Source: Octopus bimaculoides
Taxonomy: Eukaryota
DNA: 64,000 bases
Direction of reading: 5' to 3'
Assembly (NCBI RefSeq): GCF_001194135.2
Contig: NC_068981.1
Coordinates: 56,956,678 to 57,020,677 of the forward strand
Below the pieces are notes generated by a model that did no database searches, was not told the DNA's origin, and worked only from the letters and a program-made list of their open reading frames with translations. Below are positions 26,786 through 38,444 of this stretch, in pieces (the first letter of the stretch is position 1; each line of letters begins with the position of its first letter). Both the position numbers and the translations under genes were made by a program.

Positions 26786-27959
26786 AATTGACAAATAGTA
26801 AAAAAATTAGTCAGCCTTAGCATCTCTATAGAACTTTTGGTATCTATATCCGACCCAAAGTCGGAATTCGCTGAAACGCATAGAGTAAGAATGGTCAGAA
26901 CAAGAAAAATAAGAGAAGACTGCAACAGAGTTGATTTCATTACAAATTATTTAAACTAATCAGATTTACGTATTGGGCTTTAAGGGGAAAAAATAACCAA
27001 ACAAATATTTCGCTTAATTTTGTGTTTTTTTTTATAGTAAAATTAGTATTCATACTTTATTAGATCCTATCATTAATGCTACCTGGCCAATAATTTGATC
27101 TCATCCACATGGCAACACTATAACACAAGAAATATTGACACTATTAGTTAGTAATTTTAACTATTTAAGCAACTGCAAATTCCAATCTAATAAACAGCCT
27201 GAGACTTTTAATTATCTGATGTTTTCAATTAATCTTAATACATTGCTTTAAGGACAAAGTGTCACCTATTGGGATAATAACTAATCATGTTAGGGCATAA
27301 CTAGATATTCTAGGTAAGATTCTACAAAAGACTAAAACAAACTATTTCTTTTTTACTTCAGATGACGTCATCTTTGCAATATAATCTTGCTACAGTATTC
27401 CTAAAATGCGTTAAAGGATGTTAAAATCAATTATATTTCAAAGATTGAGAACCACCCTGGGGCATACAAATATAACCCAAACTCACCGCCATTAAAAATA
27501 TATTTATTTATCTCTTTATTTTACTGCTTCTACCTTCGAGGTAACGATTCGTGTATTTTCTGAAAGCTGCCTTTATCTTTGGGGATTCGCAATTTTTCGC
27601 TATTTTAGTTTAATTTATTCCCGTATTCTCACATATTTGTAATTTTCACAGTCCAATTTCTGCACACAGAATACTACTATATTTTTGAAAGCTGTTTGTA
27701 AAAAAAAAATGTTTGACATTAACTACAAATGCGTTCATCTTATACTTCTAGTTATTCAGCTTTTGCTGCTGCCGTTGTTGCTGCTGCAGTTTTAGTGCTT
27801 TTTGTCAAAATTTAGTTTATGGCAGTTGTTATATGCTTTCATGAATAATAATGATACCTTTGTTTTAATAATTTTCCTCTTAATAGTACCAGTCCTTATT
27901 AGGAAACTAAAAATTTCAGGAACGTTGATGGTGTTGGAGAATATTTCATAAGGATTTCG

Positions 27960-28450
27960 ATTAGCTTAACAAGCGGTGACAACGCAAGATGTCAACAATC
28001 AATGGCAAGTTATAATTCCATACAACAAAAACCATTAAATCTTGACAATCGATGGCAAGATGTCACGAACCAATGACAAGGTGCTATTAAATGGTGAGTA
28101 GATGTCGTATAAACAGCTATCATAATTTCAGATCATTAGTGGTTAAAATATATCACCAATATTCTGTATAGCCACAAGTAAATCATAATTCAAATTTACC
28201 AGTCTATAATTAAACTTCGTTATTTCGTCATTTTTAAATTGTTTGTATTTTAACTTTAACTTACTAATTTGCAAACATTTTTTCTGCCCTTGGATTTCAA
28301 TAAATCTTGCTATTAATGTATTTTTTAAACTTCCACTCTTTCTCTCGGTTCTTGACCCTAAAGCAATCACTTCCAATGTTTGAAATACCAAACTCTTGTG
28401 GGATATCGTAAAACACATAAATTTAGCTACAGATTGCATGAAAAAGGAAA
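27960..28450 (-). mobile_element. Possible DNA transposon end with subterminal repeats
   Basis: Four imperfect caatc(a/g)atggcaag(at)gtca units at 27967-28090 next to a lysine-rich minus-strand ORF. Confidence 0.25.
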
Positions 28451-30555
28451 TTAAAGATAAAGTATATCTGCCAAATCAACTCTATAATTATTGAATCTGA
28501 ATTGGACATTTTCGATTTGATACACATAAAATCCTATAACAAGATAAGAATTTTTTTTTTCCAAGCAATGAGTATCGAATAAATGGAGGCACCCAAAGGA
28601 TTTTCGATCTTAAAACTCGCATCCAAATGAAACCCTAAGAGATACTGACATAATAGAGAGAAAAAGAGAGAACAAAATTAATTGAAAACGAAGAAAATAT
28701 ATAAATTCCATTGAGTTCTCAGCGGTGAAAATAAGGTCTTGTGCGTTGTGTGAAATATGCTTTACTTAGAATTGTCAAAAAAGCAAAAATATAATCGTAT
28801 GAAAAAGCAACAATTCTTATTTACTGAGCAGATAGCAAAATAAAGGATGGGGGGTATAAAAGACCCTTTTTATATGCATCATACGTTAAAATATATGTTG
28901 CATATCACTAAATCCTTTGCAATTATCCTAAGATATCCACCGATTATGTTATGTGTGCCTACACTTTGCAAATATAAATAGATCGAGCTACTGTAAAAAG
29001 TATTTGGAGAATTTAGTTTAACATTAGTTCAACTAACACTGTTGGTATATGATGAGTTTGGAAATATCAAGTAATCAGTGAAGGAACATGGAATCATAAA
29101 TATTAGAAAATAGATATGTATTGAAAGATGGTGGTAAGAGTTAGAAGATAAAGAGCGAGTAGAGAGATGGGGAGAAAAGAAAGATGCGATGATTAAAATA
29201 TAGGAAGATAGGGGTTGGGTGCACTGAATTGTATACTACTTTATGACTGTTTGCCTGTCTATATTATTTATTAATTGAACAGCGCTAATATTTTTTATTA
29301 GAATATATCCTTAACCTTGAAAATTTCAGTTTTCAGATTCAAATTCTTTGAAGTTTCTAACGTAAAAAAGAAATATTTCAAAGCTGGGGTAAATGTGTAC
29401 ACTTATATATAAATCTTATCATATTTTCAAGGTGTTGTACATAATTCTTAACTAGAAGTTCTGCTTAAATCTCTGTCTGTAAATATGCATGTTTGAATAT
29501 CTATATACATTATTCTACACAAACTATGTAGATACATTAAAATGTTGACTTCATCAAAACTGAACAAAATTCAACATGATCGAACTCGTGATGCCTAAGT
29601 TATCAGACCCCCATTTTTCAAGAAAGAAAGAATAAATATGCGTTGTCATTCAGAAATAATTACTATATTTGTTTTATAGCAGATTCTTAGAATGTGTTAT
29701 TTGTCATTTTACTACATGTCATGTATCTATATTATTTTAAAACTTATCTTGCTCGCAATCATTATATATTGCATTATAATACTACTAATACTATCAAACA
29801 TTCGTGTAATTATGTCATCCACAGCAAAATCAAAATTGTCTGCGTCGCGCACACACCAGTTCTAAATCGATGACAATACAGCTGCAGTCAGTTGGAACAT
29901 AATTCAGGCATTTGCTAATGATACAGCTAACATCAAAACGTTCATTACCCAGATAGCGCTCAGTTGACACAAACATCTAACATCTTGTGCTTGACCACAA
30001 ACACTTGCCGATGGCGATGAGCATGTTTCATATATCTCTTAAATTGAGACAGAACTGGTGCGGGGTGGGGAGGATGTTTGATATTAATTTCGCAAAGTGT
30101 TTTCAGCATGAAATGTAATTACTACCAAATGAAAAAGAAAACAAGGGAGTCTCTGAACGGTAGTCTAACCTGCTAGAAATAGTAACCAAATTATTCTTCC
30201 CTCACACCTTATTGTCTTGAAAAGGGAATGACACGTTGAATAATATAGCTCTACATACAATAAAGGAGGGTTTGGTCCCGGTTGAAACGCCTTTGATCGT
30301 AGACCTGACTGGGGAATACACAACTGCAAGAATAGCTTCACACTGAAGAATTTAGCGAACTAAATAAATAAGAACAAAACAGAGAAAAATATGGTTGTTG
30401 CTCCTTAATCATAGCATGACATATTTTTATAACTATCTGAGATTTGTATGAAAAATTCTTCACGATAGACCCAACAAGGAAACTGAATTCGGCTGCGTAT
30501 TCTCTATCACGCTTAAACAGAGCATTCTACAGATAGGCTAATAAACTAATTCATT

Positions 30556-30606
<51 letters not shown>

Positions 30607-30639
30607 ATATATACATATATATTTTTTCTCCTCTTAGGG

Positions 30640-31500
30640 ACTCACAAGTAGTCTCCTGCTCATGATAAATGTTGCTGCTCTAACAGTGTTTTCAATAAGT
30701 TTTCCGCCTGTAGTCTTCCTCCGTCTCTCATTCCTCAAATCCAAAATCTCCTGTAACACACCAGTATTACAGTGTGTGGCGATGGGGCTTTCTATGAACC
30801 GTAGTTTTTAACTTCTGGTGTTTCCCAAGTTGCCATTCTTGCTTTTAATACATTAACGTCCTACTTGTAGTTAGTTCAAACAACTCCCATTGCAATGTAT
30901 ATGATACCATGCTTCACTCCGCATTCTTTCTCACATAAGCGTCACCCATACTTAACATAAACAACTGATGTCACATGTTAATTATCTTCATAAACACAGA
31001 CCTTGAAAATATTTTTCAATTCAAATATAGAAACTTAGTTCTTTTGATAATACAAAGACATAATCGGAACACTTATCGATGAGTCATTCTGAGATTCTCT
31101 CTCCCTAGTCAGGAACAACACAGTGTAAACTCTCAATCGAAGTTATTACAAATGCTTGGACCTTCTCAGATATCTGGTCAGACCAACATTTGAGTACAGC
31201 TTACACATATGTGGGTCGGTGTCCTTGTTACACACATATGCGTCCTAAACCACATTCAAAATCCTTACCTTCAGTTCTCAAACACTTTTTGCTCATTAGT
31301 TCTCAGAGCCGCTCTTATTTCTTTATGTCTCTTCTACCACTTTAATAATGTCCCTTGTTCTCTGAACTAGCTAATGGAATATGCCATTCCTGCTGTAACT
31401 AGCTTCCAAGTTCATTAAACTATCCCTTTCTCCACAGAACTGCAACTCAAGAATTCCATCACCACCCACATTTTTTTCCCTGCAGCAATCTATCTACTGA
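30640..31500 (-). mobile_element. Decayed CR1-like LINE
   Basis: Minus-strand EKVQAF....ERI..M resembles CR1 LE.VQ..F...Y.ERL..L. Confidence 0.35.
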
Positions 31501-32227
31501 TGTTCGATCACAAAGCCCTTCGTTTAACTAATTAATGAAAGAAGTATAGGAAATGAACTAGCTACAATAACGTAGCTAAACATATATTTAAACGAGTATC
31601 ATCTATGCTGTGAGCGAATACTACGATTTGAGATTATAATCTCATTATGCTCATAAATATTTGTTTCTTTTAACAACATATCAAATCTTTATGTTAGTGC
31701 CATACTACTGATGATTAGTCAAAGGTCAACTCTTATCAGGAAACCCTCCTGGTGAATGACTAGGTTCTATCAATAATCTTTCATTTAATTTTTACCCATA
31801 ATGATGCGCGCACGCATGCACATATGCATGACAATCCTGTCCTTTTCAAAGGTTGAGTGCATGCAGGTCTGCGTTATCTAATTTGCCATTGTTTTTCTAA
31901 GACGGTACCGTGGGATTTGAGGAAGACATGGTAGCTATTTCTAGCAGATTGAGTGACAACATAATGCCTTCCTCTTTACATCGACTTCTCCATCTCTATC
32001 TCTAGGGAATTACGTTGGAAGAGAAGCAGAAAAAACATACGAAATTTGTTATAAGGATGACTATTACAAAAAGAGAAGATTATAGAGAAGAAAGTAGATG
32101 CAGAATCGCTTGTTAGAGTCAACAAATTACATAGGCACCGCCTTCAAAGGTTTAATCAATCATCTAGACATTATTACTTATTTCAGCCTGGTATTTAATT
32201 TATCAGTTTTATTTGTCGAAAGTGATA

Positions 32228-33525
32228 GAGGAGACCGGGTCTAGTTGTTACACGGGTAAGTTGTTACAAGCCTATTGTTTCCAACTTCAAGAAATAGGTG
32301 GCACTCGGGTCTCTACCTCATGAAGGCCAACTCCATAGCATCATGACTGCACATGTGTATTGCACTGGCGGGCTCTCACCAGGAAAGGTATGGCTCAAAA
32401 AACGATTTTTTACTCCAAAAGTGAAATTTTGCGACAAAGTTATTTCCTTAACTACTAAAGCACAAGTGGTGTTACTGAAGTAGTTTGTGGCTCATTAGGA
32501 AGTGTTAGAAGTTGCCTTCGATACATGAAGGTGTGTCCTGGATGCCATGCATTGCTAGTTCTGTATACGAGTTAATCCCTAGAAATCCATGGTCGGGTCT
32601 AATTGTTACAGTGTATCAACCTACCCCAGGCATGTAACAACTTACCCCTTCTATTTCAGTTTAACATGCCATGCCAAGAAATTACAAAAGGAAAACTACA
32701 AGTGGGGGGGGGGGATACCCATCCTGATGTCATGGAAAGAGCCACCAGGAAAGTTGTGGATGAAAAGAAATCATTACGGGATGTTGCTGTAAAACGGCGC
32801 ATAGTGGATGAAATCGGCGAATGGAATTCCAAACCAAAGAAGGCAACTGGTACAGAAAAGGCAACAAAGGGAGCGGGAAAGTCAGCTAAAACAGGTAAAG
32901 GCAAAGGGAAGCAACCTCGCAGCAAGTGAGTCGCCGATTGGAAATGCCTTGTTTGCTCAGATTGGTATTCCAACTCCCTTCCAGGAGAAGAATAGCTGCA
33001 GTGCAAGATCTGTAAAGACTGGGGACACACTGACTGCACCGATGTACGACAGGACTTTCTGTGTGATCTATGGGGTGAGGAGTTAATGGAGGACGATTCC
33101 GACTAAATGGCACTTATAACAATGGGGAAATTGGCTGATGAGGACTCTCAGTATCACAGTTAGGATATGGGGTGGTTCAAAGCACAGTTAATTAACTAAA
33201 ATAATACTTCCTAGATACAAGAAGCAGGAGACGTATTCATTTTAAACTTGTTTGTTAACATAATTCCGAGTTATCGACAGTTGTAACAAAGTACCCCAGT
33301 AAGTTCCACAACGTACCCTGCACGCGGAGAAAATTGTTACTGCTGACACCACCTCATTAATTAGAACCTGTCTAATTAATGTTATGTAATTGATGTATTT
33401 TTTCTGGTATTAACAATAAATAGAGATGTTTTACTCATTAAATCTGCAAAGAAACTTCAACTGTGTTCATTTATGTGGGTGCCAAAGCAAAAAAATGTAA
33501 AAATGTAACTAGACTCGGTCTTCCC
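32228..33525 (+). mobile_element. Internally deleted pogo-like (Tc1/mariner superfamily) DNA transposon
   Basis: TIRs gaggagaccgggtctagttgttaca (32228) and tgtaactagactcggtcttccc (33504-33525); TA at 32226; repeated gggtaagttgttaca-like motifs; coding relics inside. Confidence 0.8.
32671..33106 (+). pseudogene. Transposase relic: N-terminal HTH (psq-like) + Lys-rich linker + C-terminal PHD finger, DDE core absent
   Basis: MPRNYKRKTT / PDVMERATRKVVDEKKSLRDVA (frameshift in the G-run); CLVCSDWYSNSLPGEE*LQCKICKDWGHTDCTDVRQDFLCDL (32942-33106). Confidence 0.75.
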
Positions 33526-33588
33526 AGCAATATAAATAAAAACTATACCGTGCCAGCATAAGCATGCACATACGTTTCACTTTCTCTC

Positions 33589-33623
<35 letters not shown>

Positions 33624-33625
<2 letters not shown>

Positions 33626-33869
33626 AGGCGCGTAGCTTAGTTGTTAGGGTGTCAGCATCATGATCGTAAGATTGTGATTTCGATTCCTGGACCAGGCGAC
33701 GCGTTGTGTTCTTGAGCAAAACACCTCATTTCACGTTGCTCCAGTCCACTCAGCTTGCAAAAGTGAGTAACGCTGCGATAGCCTGACGACTCGTCCAGCT
33801 GGGGAACACATACTCTACTGAAACCGGGAAACCAAGCCCATGAGCCTGGCTAGGCTTTAAAAAGGCGCA
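33624..33869 (+). mobile_element. tRNA-derived SINE, family B
   Basis: A box gtagcttagttgttag, B box gatttcgattcc; 3' part taacgctgcgat...gcctggctaggcttt shared with the next copy. Confidence 0.85.
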
Positions 33870-33873
33870 AGTA

Positions 33874-34182
33874 GAGGCGCAATGGGCCAGTGGTTAGAGC
33901 AACGGACTCACGGTCGGAGGATCGCGGTTTCGATTCCCAGACCGAGCGCTATGTGTGTTTATTGAGCGAAAACACCTAAAGCTCCACGAGGCTCCGGCAG
34001 GGAGGCGACCCCTGTTGTACTCTTTCGCCCCAACTTTCTCTCACTCTTTCTTCCTGTTTCTTGAGTAACGCTGCGATGGACTGGCGTCCCATCCACCTGA
34101 GGTGGGGACACATATACCACAGAAACCAGGGAACCGGGCCCATAAGCCTGGCTAGGCTTTAAAAGGGCGCATAAATAAATAA
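33874..34182 (+). mobile_element. tRNA-derived SINE, family B variant (V-domain-like 3' part)
   Basis: A box atgggccagtggttag, B box ggtttcgattccc; ctgcgatggactggcgtcccatcca resembles the V-SINE domain; taaa tail. Confidence 0.85.
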
Positions 34183-34202
34183 TATAATATATATATTCAT
34201 TT

Positions 34203-34400
34203 AAAAGAAGAAAAGAAAATGGAGATAAGCACGTTAATAATTGTTTATTATTAACAAATTGGTCGTTTTCGCTTCTTACAGCCGTTGCAATTAATACTCA
34301 ATAATTTAATTACAAATTTGTACATTAAATTTACATTTATGTGACATGAGCATAATTTCATCAGAGATAAAAAAGATCTTCTTTTGAATGTTATATGTGG
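34203..34400 (-). mobile_element. ~200 bp hammerhead-bearing repeat, copy 2
   Basis: Collinear with 15568-15755; 3' end next to a TA-rich tract. Confidence 0.6.
34272..34368 (-). ncRNA. Minimal type I hammerhead ribozyme (copy 2, probably inactive)
   Basis: Minus strand: ucu-CUGAUGA (34364-34358), stem II aauuaugcuca/ugaguauuaauu, GCAA in place of GAAA (34288-34285), C-ggcu-GUA (34279-34277), then aga. Confidence 0.55.
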
Positions 34401-34765
34401 ACCTATCAATATATACTTATTGTTTTAAGGAAATTTCATTCCCAAAAGTACTGGGCACTGAACCAGTATTTCCTTGAATGCAACCATCCCTTCACGTGGT
34501 TAACATATTCTCTAATTAAATTTCATATATATGTATAGGCTCCAGCCTCATCTGTGAGCTTGGAACCTAACGGATGACAAATTAAAGCACTTACGCAACA
34601 TACCTATTGGGTTAGATCATCAGTAAACTAAACCCCTCATATCCTATATATTTTTAAGAGGTCATGATGCAACAGATTTTTGGGATCTGACAATACGCCA
34701 TAATGCTAAACCCTTTATGGACGGGAAATCTAAGGTAATCCCATAAACCGGCTTTTCCCATTTTA

Positions 34766-34767
<2 letters not shown>

Positions 34768-34830
<63 letters not shown>

Positions 34831-35090
34831 TGTCTGTCTGTCTGTCTGTGTTTGTCATGTCGTTAAAACTCGAGGTCCACCCAACAGATTTTAATGAAAC
34901 TTTACTCATGCATTACATAGGGTCCAACAAAATTTTAAACTTCTTGCCAAATGTTGGCCCAGGGACAGATAAACCGCAATTTTTAAAGCATTTTTGCAGC
35001 GTTAAGGCCCGTAACTTGAAGAGTATCCAGTTACTTTCCTCCAAATTTTCAACAAACATTAATCAGGCTCCTCGAATTGCTGTTGACTAA
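34768..35090 (+). mobile_element. (TG)n plus Helitron-like non-autonomous 5' segment
   Basis: (TG)n-(TCTG)n followed by cagattttaatgaaactt motif similar to the 3700-3740 region. Confidence 0.35.
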
Positions 35091-37671
35091 GAAAAATTCC
35101 GACGCCGATTATGGGCCCCACAAAAATGCAGGTTAATCAGATTTGAGTATACTGCACTGAGTTTTATCTTTATTTTAGGCCATTTTCCGACGATAAGATA
35201 TTGACAATACTTATGCATTATAAGTAGCGTGTAATATTTCATGAAAAACTTTTTGTCCAATTTGGCAGAAGAAATGAGAACATTAAAATTTTTGTCAGCG
35301 CCCTGTTGATGCTTCATGTTACCATTCCGCGCACTATGTGCGTGTGTGTGCGGCTGGATAAAGGCACAAAAAGCCATTCATCCAATCTCTAGACGTGCCC
35401 TGTCGATGTTTCACGTTTCCAATCTTGTGCAACGCAGCATGCTCGGCAGCATGTCTGCTCTCTATGTCATCAATGTCTGAACTATATTATGCAAAATGTT
35501 CATGCAAAAAACAAACTGCTTTTGTGACTCACGTGGCTCCCGAGAAAGAGTAAAAGAATTTACCCGATCAACGACCGGGTGGGGCTAAACATAGAGGGGA
35601 CAAACAAGGACACACATATATATATATGTGTGTGTGTGTGTGCATAACGGACCGCTATAGTAGAAACCATTTGCTGAAAGTGTCGCATCGTGAGATCGAA
35701 CCCAATACAATATAGTTAAGGAGCTACTTCTTACTTCTTACGCTAATGTTTACCCTTCAACTTAAGGATTACTTTTTAATTATATAACTAATTATATATT
35801 ATAAATAGCCAATTAATTTTCTAGAATTCCTTGCAAGATTAAATCTTGATATTTAATATAGCTGTAAATTGTAAATTAGTTCGGGTTTTTAAAATGTGAC
35901 GGGAAAAATAATAATTTATATTAAAAAAAACAAGCAAAATTATGTAATTTGATTAATTAATACACCAAAATAATCTATAAATATTCTGCTGAAAATATCG
36001 GTATTTATCTGTTCACCAAATTTCATCAAGTTAGATTATTACTTAGGTGACTGCTGAGGAAAGCTTCTCGATGGCAGCGCATCAGCACAACCACAAGCCA
36101 CAAGCTAAGAACAACAAATGGGTAAAAAGTAAAAGAGAAAAAATAAAAAAAAGAAAAGAAATAGTTAAATTAGGCAACGATGCTTAAAATCCTGAGATGA
36201 AGACAATACTTAAGCAATTAAAACTACAGTCGTAATGAGAAAGATATTCATTGTTTAAAGAAAATTATTGTCAAAAGAAGCAAGGGGAAAAACTTCTGAT
36301 ATTTTAACTGAGCATATAAATAGAGTAAGTATAAGGATTTTGATCCTTGACTGCTATGATGACTACTATAGACCTGTTTCGGCCTTGTTTGACCTTGCTG
36401 GAGTTCCTCAGCGAGGCAAACAACACTGACAGCTGCTAAAACATTAGAACTTCCTATAGGTATAGTATTTTGTGCTACAATAGTTTACTGATTAGACAAT
36501 TTAAAAAAATACGCGCACTGGAATTTGGCTCAGTGGTGCTTTCTGGTTAAGGAAAGTACAGTTAAGTGCAGGCTATCATATTTAAGATGGCAAGCTGAAA
36601 GGAATAATAACACTGAAACATATCCAGCCAGACCTCGAGATTGCAAAGTGAACTTCTTAACAATTTGCCTACGCGGCGTTCATTTTCATATGTGTATATA
36701 TNNNNNNNNNNNNNNNNNNNNNNNNNNNNNNNNNNNNNNNNNNNNNNNNNNNNNNNNNNNNNNNNNNNNNNNNNNNNNNNNNNNNNNNNNNNNNNNNNNN
36801 NNNNNNNNNNNNNNNNNNNNNNNNNNNNNNNNNNNNNNNNNNNNNNNATATATATATATATATATAATTGTGCGCTGGGATATTTAATACGATAATGAAC
36901 TGAAAAGATTTTTGTTTTATTTTTCATAATGAAAAGGAAAAATGCCAATAATGAAAAGAAATTACATTAGCTTTTTTTCAAAATTCTTCTCAAAAGGAGC
37001 GAGGTTAAAAAGTCAAAAATTTGAACTGATTGAAAATAAATAAAGATCTGATCTATGGTAACAAGTTTGAACATGCTTCGGTCTTATTACACTTCCTTAG
37101 CTAAGCATAGCTAGTACATAGCTGCAAAACCACAGAGTGACTTGAATAATAATATATGTTTTGGTATGAAAATAATTCACTAATTAGGTAAATTAAAATA
37201 ATGATATTGGAAGATTTCCCAAAAGTGCCTATTACATACTTGCACACTTTAATTTTGTTTATGCTTTTATGACAAAAGATGAAATTTGATATTACTGTGT
37301 ATGTAGAGGGAATGTTTGTCCGTGCGTCTCAATTACATGACATATGCGTGAACTCTGTTCAGATATTATTATATGGTCTTTCTCAGACTATTAACAACAT
37401 AAGTAAGGTGAAGTGGCCAGAAACAAGAACAGAAATCAATGACTAACTCGGTGATATACATACATGCATATATAGATATATAAGCATACTGACGCATGCA
37501 TGTATACATATGTACATACATATATGCATACATACTTATATAAACGGTGGCTCGCGATTCTGTATCGTGCCGTGAGTAATCATCTTTTGAGTTCCATTCT
37601 TTTTTTCTCTTTAGAGGTGTAACACCTCTCTGTCACACCCATCTCTCATGAAGGCATGCCTATGTTTTATT

Positions 37672-37882
37672 TTTTCTTCTCTAGGCACAAGGCCCGAAAT
37701 TTTGGAGGAGAGGGAAAGTCGCTTAGATTGACGCCAGTACGCAACTGTTGCTTAATTTATCGATCCCGAAGGATGAAAGGCAAAGTCGACCTCAGCGGGA
37801 TTTAAATTCAGAACGTAAAGATAGACGAAATACAGCTAAGCATTTCGCCCGGCGTGCTAAAGTTTCTACCAGCTCGCCGCCT
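37672..37882 (-). mobile_element. SINE family A
   Basis: Near-complete match to 4891-5086. Confidence 0.92.
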
Positions 37883-38384
37883 TATGCCTGTGTTTTATTA
37901 CATAGACAAAATCCCAAAATGAGATAAATAAATAATAACACTTTAATAAAAGAAAAAAGTAATACTGCTCATTAAAAATATATTTGCACTACAACACTTC
38001 CTTTGCTTACCTCATAAAAAAAAATTACACTTTTGACGATCTGGTATTCATTCCAATAATTGAGTGAATAGAGGTGCGTAGAATTAAATATAATTCCCAA
38101 TACACAATATGCGTTGATGTGTGTCTATGTAGCAGGGGAAGTATGTATTGTATTGAAAACACGACTATCTTATTTTTTCATCAAGAGCTTTTCTCCTTTC
38201 TTTCATACTTTTGCATTAGTTCCATGCAGAAGATGAGACAATGAAATCTAAAAATGTTATGGATATATTTGGGAACGTTCGAAGCAAACTGCTAGTAACT
38301 CATACAGAAGCTATAAAAATATTTCATGAAAAAGATAAAACTAGAACACGGTCGTAATTTTAATACATGTTCAAAATAGGTTAT

Positions 38385-38444
<60 letters not shown>

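Noticed and set aside
33624-33950. tRNA genes
   Set aside because: A and B boxes belong to SINE heads; no complete cloverleaf and SINE bodies follow
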